Virus record (IMG/VR): IMGVR_UViG_3300050821_003315
Strand: one strand, 5' to 3'
DNA from: a virus
DNA length: 64,000 nt
Below are positions 28,443-37,878 of this stretch, piece after piece (position 1 is the first letter of the stretch; each line of letters opens with the position of its first letter). The notes beneath the pieces are model-generated. The model did no database searches. It was not told the origin of the DNA and saw only the letters and a program-made list of their open reading frames with translations. The position numbers and the translations under genes were made by a program.

Positions 28443-28846
28443 GTCCTTGGCCGTATTTCATGAAGGGCCGTACGCCTTTTCGGGCACTAAAGCCATTGCT
28501 TGGAGACTCGCAGAAGCTTGACCCGGACAATGCTCTGGGCGACCGTCAGGTGTGCCCTGAAGATGAAGCTACCTTGGTATCTAGTAAGATGTTCGGCGTA
28601 GACGATAACTACCACATGCCTGTACTGGACATTGACTACAAAGCTACCCTAGTCGAGTCTTCAACACCGGGGCACTACCACTTGTACCTCAACCACTGGG
28701 TTAAGTGGGAAGACTATAAGAAGCTGCTTAAGGCAATGGAACGTTGCGGGTTGCTGCAACCCGGATTTGTCAATAACAGCATTAAGCGGGGAGCTTCTTT
28801 CGCCAGGCTGCCAGGAGTCAAGAAAGGCGAGGAACATGCCTGCTAA
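28439..28846 (+). CDS. Small AEP/primase-fold-like protein
   Basis: PVLDID and SSTPGHYHLY resemble AEP motifs I and II. Confidence 0.45.
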   Translation: MSPWPYFMKGRTPFRALKPLLGDSQKLDPDNALGDRQVCPEDEATLVSSKMFGVDDNYHMPVLDIDYKATLVESSTPGHYHLYLNHWVKWEDYKKLLKAMERCGLLQPGFVNNSIKRGASFARLPGVKKGEEHAC

Positions 28847-29147
28847 GCCGTTCACGGGTGGCGTCAGGATTGACCCGGAGAAGCTTAAGGTATGCCGCGA
28901 GATAGCTGGAATGACCCAGACTGAGCTTGCTAGCCGAACGGGCATCTCTGTTGAGAGTATCAGCTCATACGAAAGAGGCATCCGAAAGCCATCCGGTGCA
29001 TACTTCAGGCGGCTTTTCATAGCACTAGGAGTAGGTCCGGAGGACTTGCTGACGAACAAGGCAGCTAAGTTGGCTATTAAGATGCTGGCGGAACGCCGTA
29101 AGCTTAATGCGCCAGACCTTGAGGAGCTGTGGGAAGACGATGAATAG
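28836..29147 (+). CDS. XRE-family HTH transcriptional regulator
   Basis: LK..RE..GMTQTELA...GIS..SISSYERG.R.P. Confidence 0.9.
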   Translation: MPAKPFTGGVRIDPEKLKVCREIAGMTQTELASRTGISVESISSYERGIRKPSGAYFRRLFIALGVGPEDLLTNKAAKLAIKMLAERRKLNAPDLEELWEDDE

Positions 29148-29298
29148 GCCGGAAGCCCTGGAAAGTCTTTACCGATTCGTGTGGGAAGAGATGGATACAC
29201 TAGAATCATCTGTTCCTGGCTACGCTTATATCGCAGACAAGGACATGGATACGCTGGAGCGCCTGTGCTTGGCGATAGATGAGGCGCACTATGAGTAA
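29140..29298 (+). CDS. Hypothetical protein
   Basis: Overlapping operon ORF. Confidence 0.5.
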   Translation: MNRPEALESLYRFVWEEMDTLESSVPGYAYIADKDMDTLERLCLAIDEAHYE

Positions 29299-30274
29299 CG
29301 AGCTTGATGAGCTTACTTTTCTGCTAAATGCCAGCGTCGATGAAGTGCGCAACACCTCCTTTAGCCGATGGCAAGGACTAACGGATAATAGCTCGGCCAT
29401 GAAGGGCTTCACAGGCGAGGCAGAGCTGGCCGTAGGGAGTGTTCAAGGGTACCGGTGGTGGAAGATGTACCCGATGAAACAAGACGCGCTCATAGGCGCT
29501 TACGGAGGCCGCTGGGACCCTGGTGACGCCTTTTACGAGGGTGAATGCCGCAGGGCACGGTTGTACGGTAAGGTACCCGAGCATGCGGCTCCTGAGCCTA
29601 GCTGCGGGTGTGGTTTCTGGGCGTTCTGGAAGCCGGCTGATGCCAGCGTAATACTGGACAAGACGGCTATCACAATCCAGGGCGTAGTAGAGGGCTTCGG
29701 TACTGTACTTATTGGCGATAAGGGTTTTCGCTGCGGTAAGGTGCGCCTTAAGGGCCTAGCAATAGATAAAGACCACCTGCGCCGGACTATGGAAGAAGAG
29801 CGTAAGCGAAACTTCGATGGCTATTTTACGCAGACGTATAAGAATCAGCTAACCGCAGGCCCTTGGCGCTCTCCCACCTTTAAGACTGAAGGGGCAGTTA
29901 ACACACACGCTCAGATTACGGGGCGAAAGATAGAAAGTGCTGTTGACGCCAGTATCCCTGAAGAAATACTTGACTGTGCGGTCGCTGAAATTGAGGGAAC
30001 TCTAGAAGAGCTTTACCCTTCGGTTAAAGTGTTTTGCTCTATGAGTACGATGCGCACTTATTTTGGTCACGACAAGAATTATGGCTATGCGTCAAGTAGG
30101 TGCCCAGACGTACTAGCTATGGGCCAGGACTGGCTCCAGCGAGTTCTGTTGAAGCTCACCACGCTTAGCTGGGACCTAGGTGAAGCTCTCTGGGAGACTA
30201 ACCAAGGCTGGGCAGCAGCGCGAGAGGTCAGGCGCATGGGGGACCTCGTACGCGAGATTATAGATGAGCTGTAA
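29291..30274 (+). CDS. Hypothetical protein (GYR.W ... H.AP...C.CGFWA type)
   Basis: Motif pattern with G.V..G.KGFR. Confidence 0.65.
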   Translation: MSNELDELTFLLNASVDEVRNTSFSRWQGLTDNSSAMKGFTGEAELAVGSVQGYRWWKMYPMKQDALIGAYGGRWDPGDAFYEGECRRARLYGKVPEHAAPEPSCGCGFWAFWKPADASVILDKTAITIQGVVEGFGTVLIGDKGFRCGKVRLKGLAIDKDHLRRTMEEERKRNFDGYFTQTYKNQLTAGPWRSPTFKTEGAVNTHAQITGRKIESAVDASIPEEILDCAVAEIEGTLEELYPSVKVFCSMSTMRTYFGHDKNYGYASSRCPDVLAMGQDWLQRVLLKLTTLSWDLGEALWETNQGWAAAREVRRMGDLVREIIDEL

Positions 30275-30315
30275 CCCGCAGGAATATTGAGACTTGTAGA
30301 AAGGTTGACTTAGAC

Positions 30316-30822
30316 ATGAAGACACTCAAGCGTCTAGCCGCGCTACTCACAGGAACTGCTGCTCTTACAGCCACCACGATGGGTGTAGCCTCGGCTGCTA
30401 CCATTCCTCCGCACACACCGTCCACTGCTGTTGTTGAAGAAATTAATAATTCTTTTAAGCCTCAGTGGTACAAGCTACAGAATGCCGACCCTATGGGCGG
30501 GGACCTACTAAACGCCCCTTCTAGTGCAGCAGTAGGAATACTGTATCAAATTCGTTGGACGGGTGTCAGCTCTACTGAAGTTCACGGAACCGGAAAGTAC
30601 GAATTTTATTTCGCTGGGCGCTACGCTAGCGGCCCTGTCGTAATTGCGCTGTACGGGAAGGGTTATCGTTACACATGTATCAGCGCTACTGCCACTCAAG
30701 AATGGTACGGTAATAATGGACTAGGTGGAGTTGACCCGCCATATGGACACGGGACATATCACACAACTAAGCCTACCTACCTCGCAAGTAATATCCCTAC
30801 TACAGATTTCGACCGACTCTAA
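30316..30822 (+). CDS. Secreted hypothetical protein, paralog of 1..333
   Basis: Signal peptide ending ASA; AT.PPHTPS, PQW.KLQ..DP, RWT.V, GTG shared. Confidence 0.75.
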   Translation: MKTLKRLAALLTGTAALTATTMGVASAATIPPHTPSTAVVEEINNSFKPQWYKLQNADPMGGDLLNAPSSAAVGILYQIRWTGVSSTEVHGTGKYEFYFAGRYASGPVVIALYGKGYRYTCISATATQEWYGNNGLGGVDPPYGHGTYHTTKPTYLASNIPTTDFDRL

Positions 30823-31287
30823 TTATTCGCCACTTGCCTTGACGTTGTAAGCCTGAGCACAATTCTTAGGAGCATCAATCTTAGCGGCTTTAGCAAGTAG
30901 AGCCTTACCAAATGCTACAGCTTTAGGTGTAGGGGCATCTTTACCTTTACCGTTAAGGGCGGTCTTAACAAAGTATATCCATACGTCTTGCTGTCCTGCC
31001 TTGAATTCATTTCCGGCCCGACAGTTAGCAACAGCGTCGTGTCGTAGTTCCTGGGTTGTGCTGTACTGCTCGGATATTAGGTAGCCTAGCACTCCTGATA
31101 TAACTAGCAGTGCAGCACACACTACGGTGAGTATGCGAATCTGAAGCTTCGGAACTCTAGTGGCAGCCTTGATAAGGATGTCAACTTGCTTTTCGGCAGC
31201 CTTAACAAAGTCGCTGGTCAGATGCTCGGCAAAGCTATCCTCAGCCGCAGTTGACGGAACCTCGGAGGGAGTCGGGTCTTCAGGCAT
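30823..31287 (-). CDS. Single-TM membrane protein (possible lysis accessory)
   Basis: TM helix followed by a Cys pair; end of late operon. Confidence 0.6.
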   Translation of the reverse strand: MPEDPTPSEVPSTAAEDSFAEHLTSDFVKAAEKQVDILIKAATRVPKLQIRILTVVCAALLVISGVLGYLISEQYSTTQELRHDAVANCRAGNEFKAGQQDVWIYFVKTALNGKGKDAPTPKAVAFGKALLAKAAKIDAPKNCAQAYNVKASGE

Positions 31288-31332
31288 GGTTAGCTCAATT
31301 CAGCAAGGAAGTCTACATAACTAACTTTACTG

Positions 31333-31914
31333 TTATTCCATTACTTCCGGAATAGTTCGGGCTTTACGAGTCGCAGCTATTACATAATCCATAGTCCGGA
31401 GCAGTATAGCAGCCGCTACTTGTTCACCGGGATGCACAGGAAAGCCAACTTCCTGTCCAGGCTCCCAGTTACGAATAATGTACAGGAACTTCTTAAGTTC
31501 CTGACGCTCAGCATCAGAGATGGTGCCGTCCATGTAGGCTTCTAGCAAAACGTCGATGTGGTGCCTCGCAGGGTCTGGTTGGTGAAGAATCTTTGCAGCG
31601 TCCATAGAAAAGTTAGTCCAGTACACATCGATTTTAACTTCGAGCTTGGCGAGCTTTTCTCCTATAGGAGCTAGCTTATCTGAGATTATATTCTTTATCG
31701 CTTCCCGCTCGTTGTCACGGGACTCGGGGGAAGTTCGTGCTTCTAGCGTAGTTATGCGGTCTATGATAGGCTGCGTGTGCTCTGTGAACACATGCTCAAT
31801 GTGTGCCGTAGTGTTCTTGTCTGACCGTTCACTTCTGCCGTGCAACCACAGCAACCCTGTAAACATCATGCTTAGGGCGCTTATGAGCACGGGAAGTATT
31901 TCTGACAACGCCAT
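31333..31914 (-). CDS. N-terminal TM plus coiled-coil protein (holin-like)
   Basis: Hydrophobic N-terminus; likely start MALSE. Confidence 0.55.
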   Translation of the reverse strand: MALSEILPVLISALSMMFTGLLWLHGRSERSDKNTTAHIEHVFTEHTQPIIDRITTLEARTSPESRDNEREAIKNIISDKLAPIGEKLAKLEVKIDVYWTNFSMDAAKILHQPDPARHHIDVLLEAYMDGTISDAERQELKKFLYIIRNWEPGQEVGFPVHPGEQVAAAILLRTMDYVIAATRKARTIPEVME

Positions 31915-32009
31915 CTCGAATACCGCCCTTTGCCTTATGTCTCCCCTAATGATATCGGATAGCCTTGAAATAGCGGAGTGCTCAATAACCTTAAGCAAGG
32001 AGAGACACC

Positions 32010-32312
32010 ATGGCTGAACTTTACTGGGCTGCGCACGAATATGAGCTGTCGCCTGCGGCCGAAGATATCGGTGATGTGTACGGCGCTATCGCGCAGTCAA
32101 TGCAACAACACGGCTGGGCAGGCGTTCAGCACGGTTCTGATGTTCACGGCTACAAGCCGGGAATTGACCTGTTCGCTTCTGTTCTTTACCTGTACATTAG
32201 CGGCAGCACGTTCTGGCAGATAATTATGGTCGGCGGCGACGCCACGGCTGCTCAGGCCCAGCAAGAAATCCAGGCTTTGCAGACAATTATCAATAATCTA
32301 GCGTTTCTCTAG
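32010..32312 (+). CDS. Moron-like hypothetical protein on the opposite strand
   Basis: AAGGAG SD; antisense to the flanking late genes. Confidence 0.75.
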   Translation: MAELYWAAHEYELSPAAEDIGDVYGAIAQSMQQHGWAGVQHGSDVHGYKPGIDLFASVLYLYISGSTFWQIIMVGGDATAAQAQQEIQALQTIINNLAFL

Positions 32313-34054
32313 GCGTAAGTGCCGGGATAGAGCATAGCCACTACCGTTGCGATATCAGTTCCTGCATTCTGATAAGGCGTTATAGTAGCGGTCTGACTAT
32401 TGTCGTCATACTGGTAACCACCAGCAAAGAACGTCAAAGGCCCGAACTGGCTTTCTCCACCAAAAGGAATACCGTACGCGACTACGGATATGGTCCTGCC
32501 TGACCAGTCACACGCGAGGTCTACAGGCTGCCCGCCGCTGTTCAGGAGCTGTCCTGGCTGTACGGAGAACGGCGTGGTGAAGTTCACTCTGATGTACTTG
32601 TTAAGGACGTTACGGCCGATGCTGACCGCCTGAGCGTGGCTTAGCGCCCCACCATTGGTGAGGTCCAGGAAGTACTCGACGCGACCATAACGAGCTACGG
32701 ACTCAGGAATGTCAACAACCGCCGTATTGAAAGCCGCAGCCGTACCTGTCGCATTTTGCGAGTTAGATAGCTGGTCAGCTTGTGTCATGTAATTTAGTAT
32801 CAGCGTGTTGTAGGTGGCATTCATGTTCCGAGCTACAGGAGACGTGCTCACTAGATACAAATCAGGGGGTCGACGCGTAGCACTCAAATCAGAACCCAAA
32901 GGCTGGTCAACCCTGCGCCATTCACGGCTGAGATAGTTAGCGTGGTCCGATGCGACTTTAGCTAGTGGGTTACCACTTTGGTCAGTCGGGAATTCCAGGA
33001 ACTCAAGTCGCCACGGGCATGCGGGAATGCCTGCACTGACAGGTGGAATAAGCGTCCAGTAAAGTCGCCCTGTTGTGCACACCAGGTTGAGGAAGTCCGT
33101 TATTGTCATAGACCCGGAAGTTTGTGCGGGACCAAGATAAGCCTGCTCTGGATTGTTCTTAGTAGTGGCAGGGATAATTGGCGGGAACAGCCAGCGAAGT
33201 CCTCGGTCAAGCGCTAGCTGAAGAGGTCGGCCAATATCCCATACGTCGTAGAAACACGTGAAATTCGTGCCATACGCACCTGCGCCGTTAGCAGCTATCT
33301 GCCAACCAGTAGAGCTAGGCGTGGGTTCTGTAGTAATACCTTCCCAGATACATTGCCCTCCACGGAATACTTGAAGGATTCGGCCTGGGTCCATAGCGGT
33401 AGTTCTGAAGTCAGGAGGCACTACGAATAGGCACTGGAAGGCACTAGGACCACCAGGAATTGTAAAGGTGTAGTTAACCTGGTCTACGTGACCGTAAGCG
33501 TTAAGCCAACGCGGGTCTCGCGGAACCGGAAGTGTTATGATTCCGTCAGTACTAGTGTTTATGGATTCCGTAATATCAGGTGAAAAATAAATTTCCCAGC
33601 TGCCGTGCGCTACCTGCTTTATTCCCTGCACAACGCAAACTGTAGGGTCTTTCATTACCAGAGGGGCTTGTGCACCAGATACATTCGGCAAAGCGTTTTG
33701 CAGGTTAAAGATTTCGTATAGGTCTGCTGCACCTGATGAGTCGTAAAGAGTAGCGCTCGACGGGTAATTCAGGCCAACGATATTAGTTGTCCATAGTTGG
33801 AACTGCTCGCCATTTTCCAAAGGAGAGTGTGTGTTAGCAGAAGTGCCGTTGAAGTAGTCGGCTTGCGTGTCGTTCTCAGTCTCCCACTGAGACGAGTTAA
33901 TCCTAATCCAGCCGTAACGCCTGCCATCGGTGTCACTGCCGCCAAACGCTTCCGAAGTTGCGGAGGACCCACTTAGGGTAATACTGAAGGACTTAGCCGG
34001 ACGCGGAGGCAGGAACGTCACTATCTGTGAGCCGTCCCTCTTCTCAAGTGCCAT
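32309..34054 (-). CDS. Minor tail protein (Tal/baseplate hub-like)
   Basis: PGRILQVFRGG..IWEG, ESVARYGRVE; position in tail module. Confidence 0.65.
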   Translation of the reverse strand: MALEKRDGSQIVTFLPPRPAKSFSITLSGSSATSEAFGGSDTDGRRYGWIRINSSQWETENDTQADYFNGTSANTHSPLENGEQFQLWTTNIVGLNYPSSATLYDSSGAADLYEIFNLQNALPNVSGAQAPLVMKDPTVCVVQGIKQVAHGSWEIYFSPDITESINTSTDGIITLPVPRDPRWLNAYGHVDQVNYTFTIPGGPSAFQCLFVVPPDFRTTAMDPGRILQVFRGGQCIWEGITTEPTPSSTGWQIAANGAGAYGTNFTCFYDVWDIGRPLQLALDRGLRWLFPPIIPATTKNNPEQAYLGPAQTSGSMTITDFLNLVCTTGRLYWTLIPPVSAGIPACPWRLEFLEFPTDQSGNPLAKVASDHANYLSREWRRVDQPLGSDLSATRRPPDLYLVSTSPVARNMNATYNTLILNYMTQADQLSNSQNATGTAAAFNTAVVDIPESVARYGRVEYFLDLTNGGALSHAQAVSIGRNVLNKYIRVNFTTPFSVQPGQLLNSGGQPVDLACDWSGRTISVVAYGIPFGGESQFGPLTFFAGGYQYDDNSQTATITPYQNAGTDIATVVAMLYPGTYA

Positions 34055-34125
34055 CCGTTAAGCTCCTTCTTTTACCTAAAATCCGCCTGATAGCGCTACT
34101 ACGTGGTCGTATAGGCTTTTGACTT

Positions 34126-34428
34126 TTATTGGCCGCCCGTCAAGGGCACTATCTGATTGTAGAAGTTGAAAGGGAGTTCTGGACCTGCATACGCCTGTCC
34201 GTAGAAGACCGCTGACAAAGCAGATAGGTTCGTGTAAGCCGCCATCAGCAAGTCCGCATCATCCGTTGTCATGCCAAGACCTTCAAGACCAGCAGTACCT
34301 ACAGTACTAAGGTAGTCAAAAAATGCTTGAGCCTGCTGTATGGAGTTCCTCAAGTTAACCATCAAGGCTCCAGCTTGCTGGTTAAGGGTGCTCAGGTTAG
34401 GCTGAATCCCTGCGGCCACGTTAATCAC
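34126..34428 (-). CDS. Hypothetical tail-region protein
   Basis: AAAGGA SD. Confidence 0.6.
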   Translation of the reverse strand: MINVAAGIQPNLSTLNQQAGALMVNLRNSIQQAQAFFDYLSTVGTAGLEGLGMTTDDADLLMAAYTNLSALSAVFYGQAYAGPELPFNFYNQIVPLTGGQ

Positions 34429-34450
34429 GTCCTTTCATTTCGGTATAATT

Positions 34451-37279
34451 CTACGTCAGGTCTAGCGGAATAATAGCGTTAAAGAATACTAGTCCTGTGG
34501 TCGTAGTGAAGTTAACTACAGTGACCGCACCGCCTGTTGTGACGCGCCCGAATACGTTACTAGCCACACCTGTAGCGCCAAACGATAGCGGAAAGTTAAC
34601 CTGGTTAGCGGGAATGTAGCCTGCGGGTAGCGTGAACATTACTGCGTTTGTTGCAGCAGCCGGATTAACCACACCGCTTAGGAACACCTTATTGCCCGGC
34701 AAGTACTGATACTGGAATGCAGGGCTACTTTGTGCCCATCCATTGGACAACACATTGGGCTTTTGCCAAGTTTCAGTAAGACGAGGAGACACAGGCGTAG
34801 CGCCTGTAGGGTGGAAGGCCACTATGTCCCCTGTAAATCCTTGTGCGAACTGGTCCGTAGCCGCATCTGTAGTAGCCAAAGGCTGAATAGAGGCTATAGG
34901 TACACCATTGGGATTTATATAAGCAATTCTTACTGCACCAGGGCAACCATAAGCCGCCGTAGCGTAGCTGTTTGTGCTGTACTGGACAGTAAGGGTGAGG
35001 TCTTGCAAGTAACCTGATGCGACCCCGCCAGCTCCGATAAATGCGACACTAAATTGTGAAGCAGTATCTGTATTAACGTACGAAGCATCGCCGGGTGTTG
35101 CGCCAGGACCGAATATCAGGGTAGAGGCAGTGCCATTTTCCAACGCCGTAAGAAGCGTGGGATTGTTAGTTAGGTCCCAGCTAACTACAGTATTCTGCGC
35201 GCCTGCGGGAACCGGCAATTCAGTTACTGTAGTGACACTACTAGCCGTGAAAGCAGAGGGCAACGTTGTGTCGTTAGTGTAGCCCAGTATCAACGACGCG
35301 GCGTTAGGGCTAAGAATTTCAGCACTCATAGTGAGCTTACTGATAGTGGCCCCCGTAAGAGCCGTGACAGTTGACGTTGCGTTGGGGAGCAATACTGCCG
35401 AAGACATGGTGCCCTGATAGTTACTGTCTACTTGGGCTTGACCGCCCTGGTAGCAATCAGGAGACAAGTTAGCCGCACTGGTGTTAACCTTCTCTGATGA
35501 ATTAGTCACCAACGGAGCGAGGCTAAAGGTGTACTGACTGGACGGATTGCTCACAGCGTCAGGACCTGCGTAAGAAGCGCTCTGTGCTGCAACGAGCGTC
35601 ATTGTCTTCAACGTAGGCAGCGGGCTGAAGTTGCCAGCTCCTCCTCCACCGCCTCCATATGAATTAGACGCAGGATTTACACCGTTGCCTGTAGCTACGC
35701 CTCCGGTTGTGCCTGTGTATCCTACGGTGAGATTAGATGTGGCAGGAACCGCGGGTACGTTGCCGCCTGCGCCACCTGCTCCTCCTACACTGCCGGGACT
35801 TCCTGTACCACCTACGCCACCGCCACCGCCTGACGCCCCGCCGCCGGCTCCTGTAGTGGGAGGTGTAGGTGTGGGGTTATACACACTGTTAGGCCAGGTT
35901 GTGGAGGTAATAGCGCTCGTTGACATCCACAGGTTAGACATTAGTCCGCTGAAGCCATTACTAGGCCCGTTAATGGACGGATTAATGCCGAAGTATGTAC
36001 TGTTACTATTAACCTGGACAATACTGCCGGTACCCGGAAGTGACGTAGAAGTTGTAGTTGATATTCCTGACGTATGACTACCGTTATATACGTATATACG
36101 CAAAGATGTTGCATCATAACTACAAACAATATAATTCCAGGCATTAGTGTCTAGAGCTGTAGTAAGAGTCAGAAGTTGAGTGCTGTAGGTACCGCCATTA
36201 GGCCGTGAAACTTTCAAGTTAACTTGGTTGCTAGTGTTAATCCATACAGAGTAGCCAGGAGATTTCGTAGTTATAGAGTAGTCAAAGGTGGACACGATAG
36301 TTCCAGCAGAGACGTTAGTGCCACTGAAGTTACCGCCAGCATCAGCATAAACCCAGCACGAGAATGTCATGCCAGCCACAGATAGACTAGAGTTATTTAC
36401 TCGGTAGTATGGCATTTCAGTACTACTGGGAGACAGCCAGTTCCAGGCTACGTTAGCTTGGTATAGCTGACCGATGACAGAACTGGTAGGGACTTGTGCA
36501 GGAGTAACAGGACTACTGATATTTCCTAGAGTAGTAGAGTTACTTGTACCTATCGTATTAACTTGCTGGGCGGCGGTGATACCCGTGTTATCTTGAATAG
36601 TGGTGTAGTAAGCAGGGTCGTCATCCATTATGTACCAGTATTTAGTACCCGCAGCCACAGGTGAGAAGTACGGATTATCGTCACCTACACCATTAGTGTT
36701 GGTACCTCCAGCACCGCCTGCGTATACGGTGGTATTGGTGCTGCCAGTACCGCCAGCACCGCCCTTGCCTACGCTAGTAATGTCACCGCCTTGACCACCG
36801 TGAGCGGTTATACCACCCGACTTCCCTACACCTTGCAGGTCAAATACTGTGTTCTGACCAGTAGTTCCGGGGACGCCTGAAATGCCATTAGTACCACCAT
36901 CGCCACACGTGTATGAATATTGCTGGCCGGGTACAACGGGGTAATTCTGCTCCGCAGCATATTCGCCACCGCCGCCGCCACCGCCGCCGCTAGTAGCGTT
37001 ACCGCCACCGCCGCCGCCGCCGCCTCCCCAGCATTCAACTTGCACGCTAGAAAGCCCAGTAGGGCATGTCCACGTTCCGCTAGAAGGGTAGTACGCAGGA
37101 CTGTAAATGTTAGTAGGAGGCGCAGCCAGGGCTATCATCTCGTAAATAACATTCGTAGTCCATACGGTAATAGGACTCGAAGTAGACGCTATATCCGGGA
37201 GCAACGCGCTAATGCGATTATTCGCGGATTGCGCTACTGACGCGATATTAGTGGGAGTTATCTTTGGTGTGGGGGGCAT
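34451..37279 (-). CDS. Minor tail protein with Gly-rich and LamG/ConA-like domains
   Basis: VECWGGGGGG domain; TFSCWV...WNYIVCSYD...IYV (LamG-like); C-terminal FTLPAGY.P. Confidence 0.75.
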   Translation of the reverse strand: MPPTPKITPTNIASVAQSANNRISALLPDIASTSSPITVWTTNVIYEMIALAAPPTNIYSPAYYPSSGTWTCPTGLSSVQVECWGGGGGGGGGNATSGGGGGGGGEYAAEQNYPVVPGQQYSYTCGDGGTNGISGVPGTTGQNTVFDLQGVGKSGGITAHGGQGGDITSVGKGGAGGTGSTNTTVYAGGAGGTNTNGVGDDNPYFSPVAAGTKYWYIMDDDPAYYTTIQDNTGITAAQQVNTIGTSNSTTLGNISSPVTPAQVPTSSVIGQLYQANVAWNWLSPSSTEMPYYRVNNSSLSVAGMTFSCWVYADAGGNFSGTNVSAGTIVSTFDYSITTKSPGYSVWINTSNQVNLKVSRPNGGTYSTQLLTLTTALDTNAWNYIVCSYDATSLRIYVYNGSHTSGISTTTSTSLPGTGSIVQVNSNSTYFGINPSINGPSNGFSGLMSNLWMSTSAITSTTWPNSVYNPTPTPPTTGAGGGASGGGGGVGGTGSPGSVGGAGGAGGNVPAVPATSNLTVGYTGTTGGVATGNGVNPASNSYGGGGGGAGNFSPLPTLKTMTLVAAQSASYAGPDAVSNPSSQYTFSLAPLVTNSSEKVNTSAANLSPDCYQGGQAQVDSNYQGTMSSAVLLPNATSTVTALTGATISKLTMSAEILSPNAASLILGYTNDTTLPSAFTASSVTTVTELPVPAGAQNTVVSWDLTNNPTLLTALENGTASTLIFGPGATPGDASYVNTDTASQFSVAFIGAGGVASGYLQDLTLTVQYSTNSYATAAYGCPGAVRIAYINPNGVPIASIQPLATTDAATDQFAQGFTGDIVAFHPTGATPVSPRLTETWQKPNVLSNGWAQSSPAFQYQYLPGNKVFLSGVVNPAAATNAVMFTLPAGYIPANQVNFPLSFGATGVASNVFGRVTTGGAVTVVNFTTTTGLVFFNAIIPLDLT

Positions 37280-37332
37280 TAGAACTTCACCCTATCCGGA
37301 ATAACTACAGCCCGAGATACGTTTTCAAGAGT

Positions 37333-37878
37333 GTGAGCGAAAATTGGCAGCCTGTGCCAGGCTATGAGGGACTGTACGAGGTCAGTGACCTGGGGCATGT
37401 CCGTTCCTTTCCGCGAGTCACGCGAAGCGGTGTAAGGGGCGGTAAAATACTAAAGCCTTACCCACGTCGCGACGGCTATCTAGAAGTCTACCTGTATAAA
37501 GAGCCTAGGCGTAAAGTTTCAAAAATTGTGCACCGCCTAGTTCTAGAAGCTTTTATAGGTCCGTGCCCTGAAGGACACGAAGCACTTCATGGAGGTAATA
37601 GCAAGACCGATAATCGCCTCGAAAATCTGAAATGGGGAACGAGGTCCCAGAACATGGGAGAAGACCGTGTGAGAGACAAGCAATCAAATAGAGGCGAGAG
37701 AAGTGGCCACGCGAAACTAACGTGGTCAGACGTTTGCGAGATTCGTAAACTAGTTTCCGAAGGGGAATCTCAGCATACGCTAGCTAAGCGTTACGGTATA
37801 GCCGTACAAACCTTGAACGCTGCCGTCCTCTATAAGACCTGGAGGTATCCTCCAGCACAGTGGCGATGCCCGTGCTAA
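37333..37878 (+). CDS. NUMOD4-HNH homing endonuclease, antisense insertion
   Basis: E.W.PVPGYEGLYEVSDLG.VRS (NUMOD4), VHRLVLEAF.GP.P, H...K.DNRLENL.WGT..QN, C-terminal HTH. Confidence 0.92.
   Translation: MSENWQPVPGYEGLYEVSDLGHVRSFPRVTRSGVRGGKILKPYPRRDGYLEVYLYKEPRRKVSKIVHRLVLEAFIGPCPEGHEALHGGNSKTDNRLENLKWGTRSQNMGEDRVRDKQSNRGERSGHAKLTWSDVCEIRKLVSEGESQHTLAKRYGIAVQTLNAAVLYKTWRYPPAQWRCPC

Noticed and set aside
28836-29147. Lysogeny module
   Set aside because: The XRE gene is mid-operon; no integrase, parAB or divergent cro seen
37280-37878. Group I intron carrying the HNH
   Set aside because: The ORF is antisense and nearly fills the insert, leaving no room for an intron core; the upstream gene has its own stop
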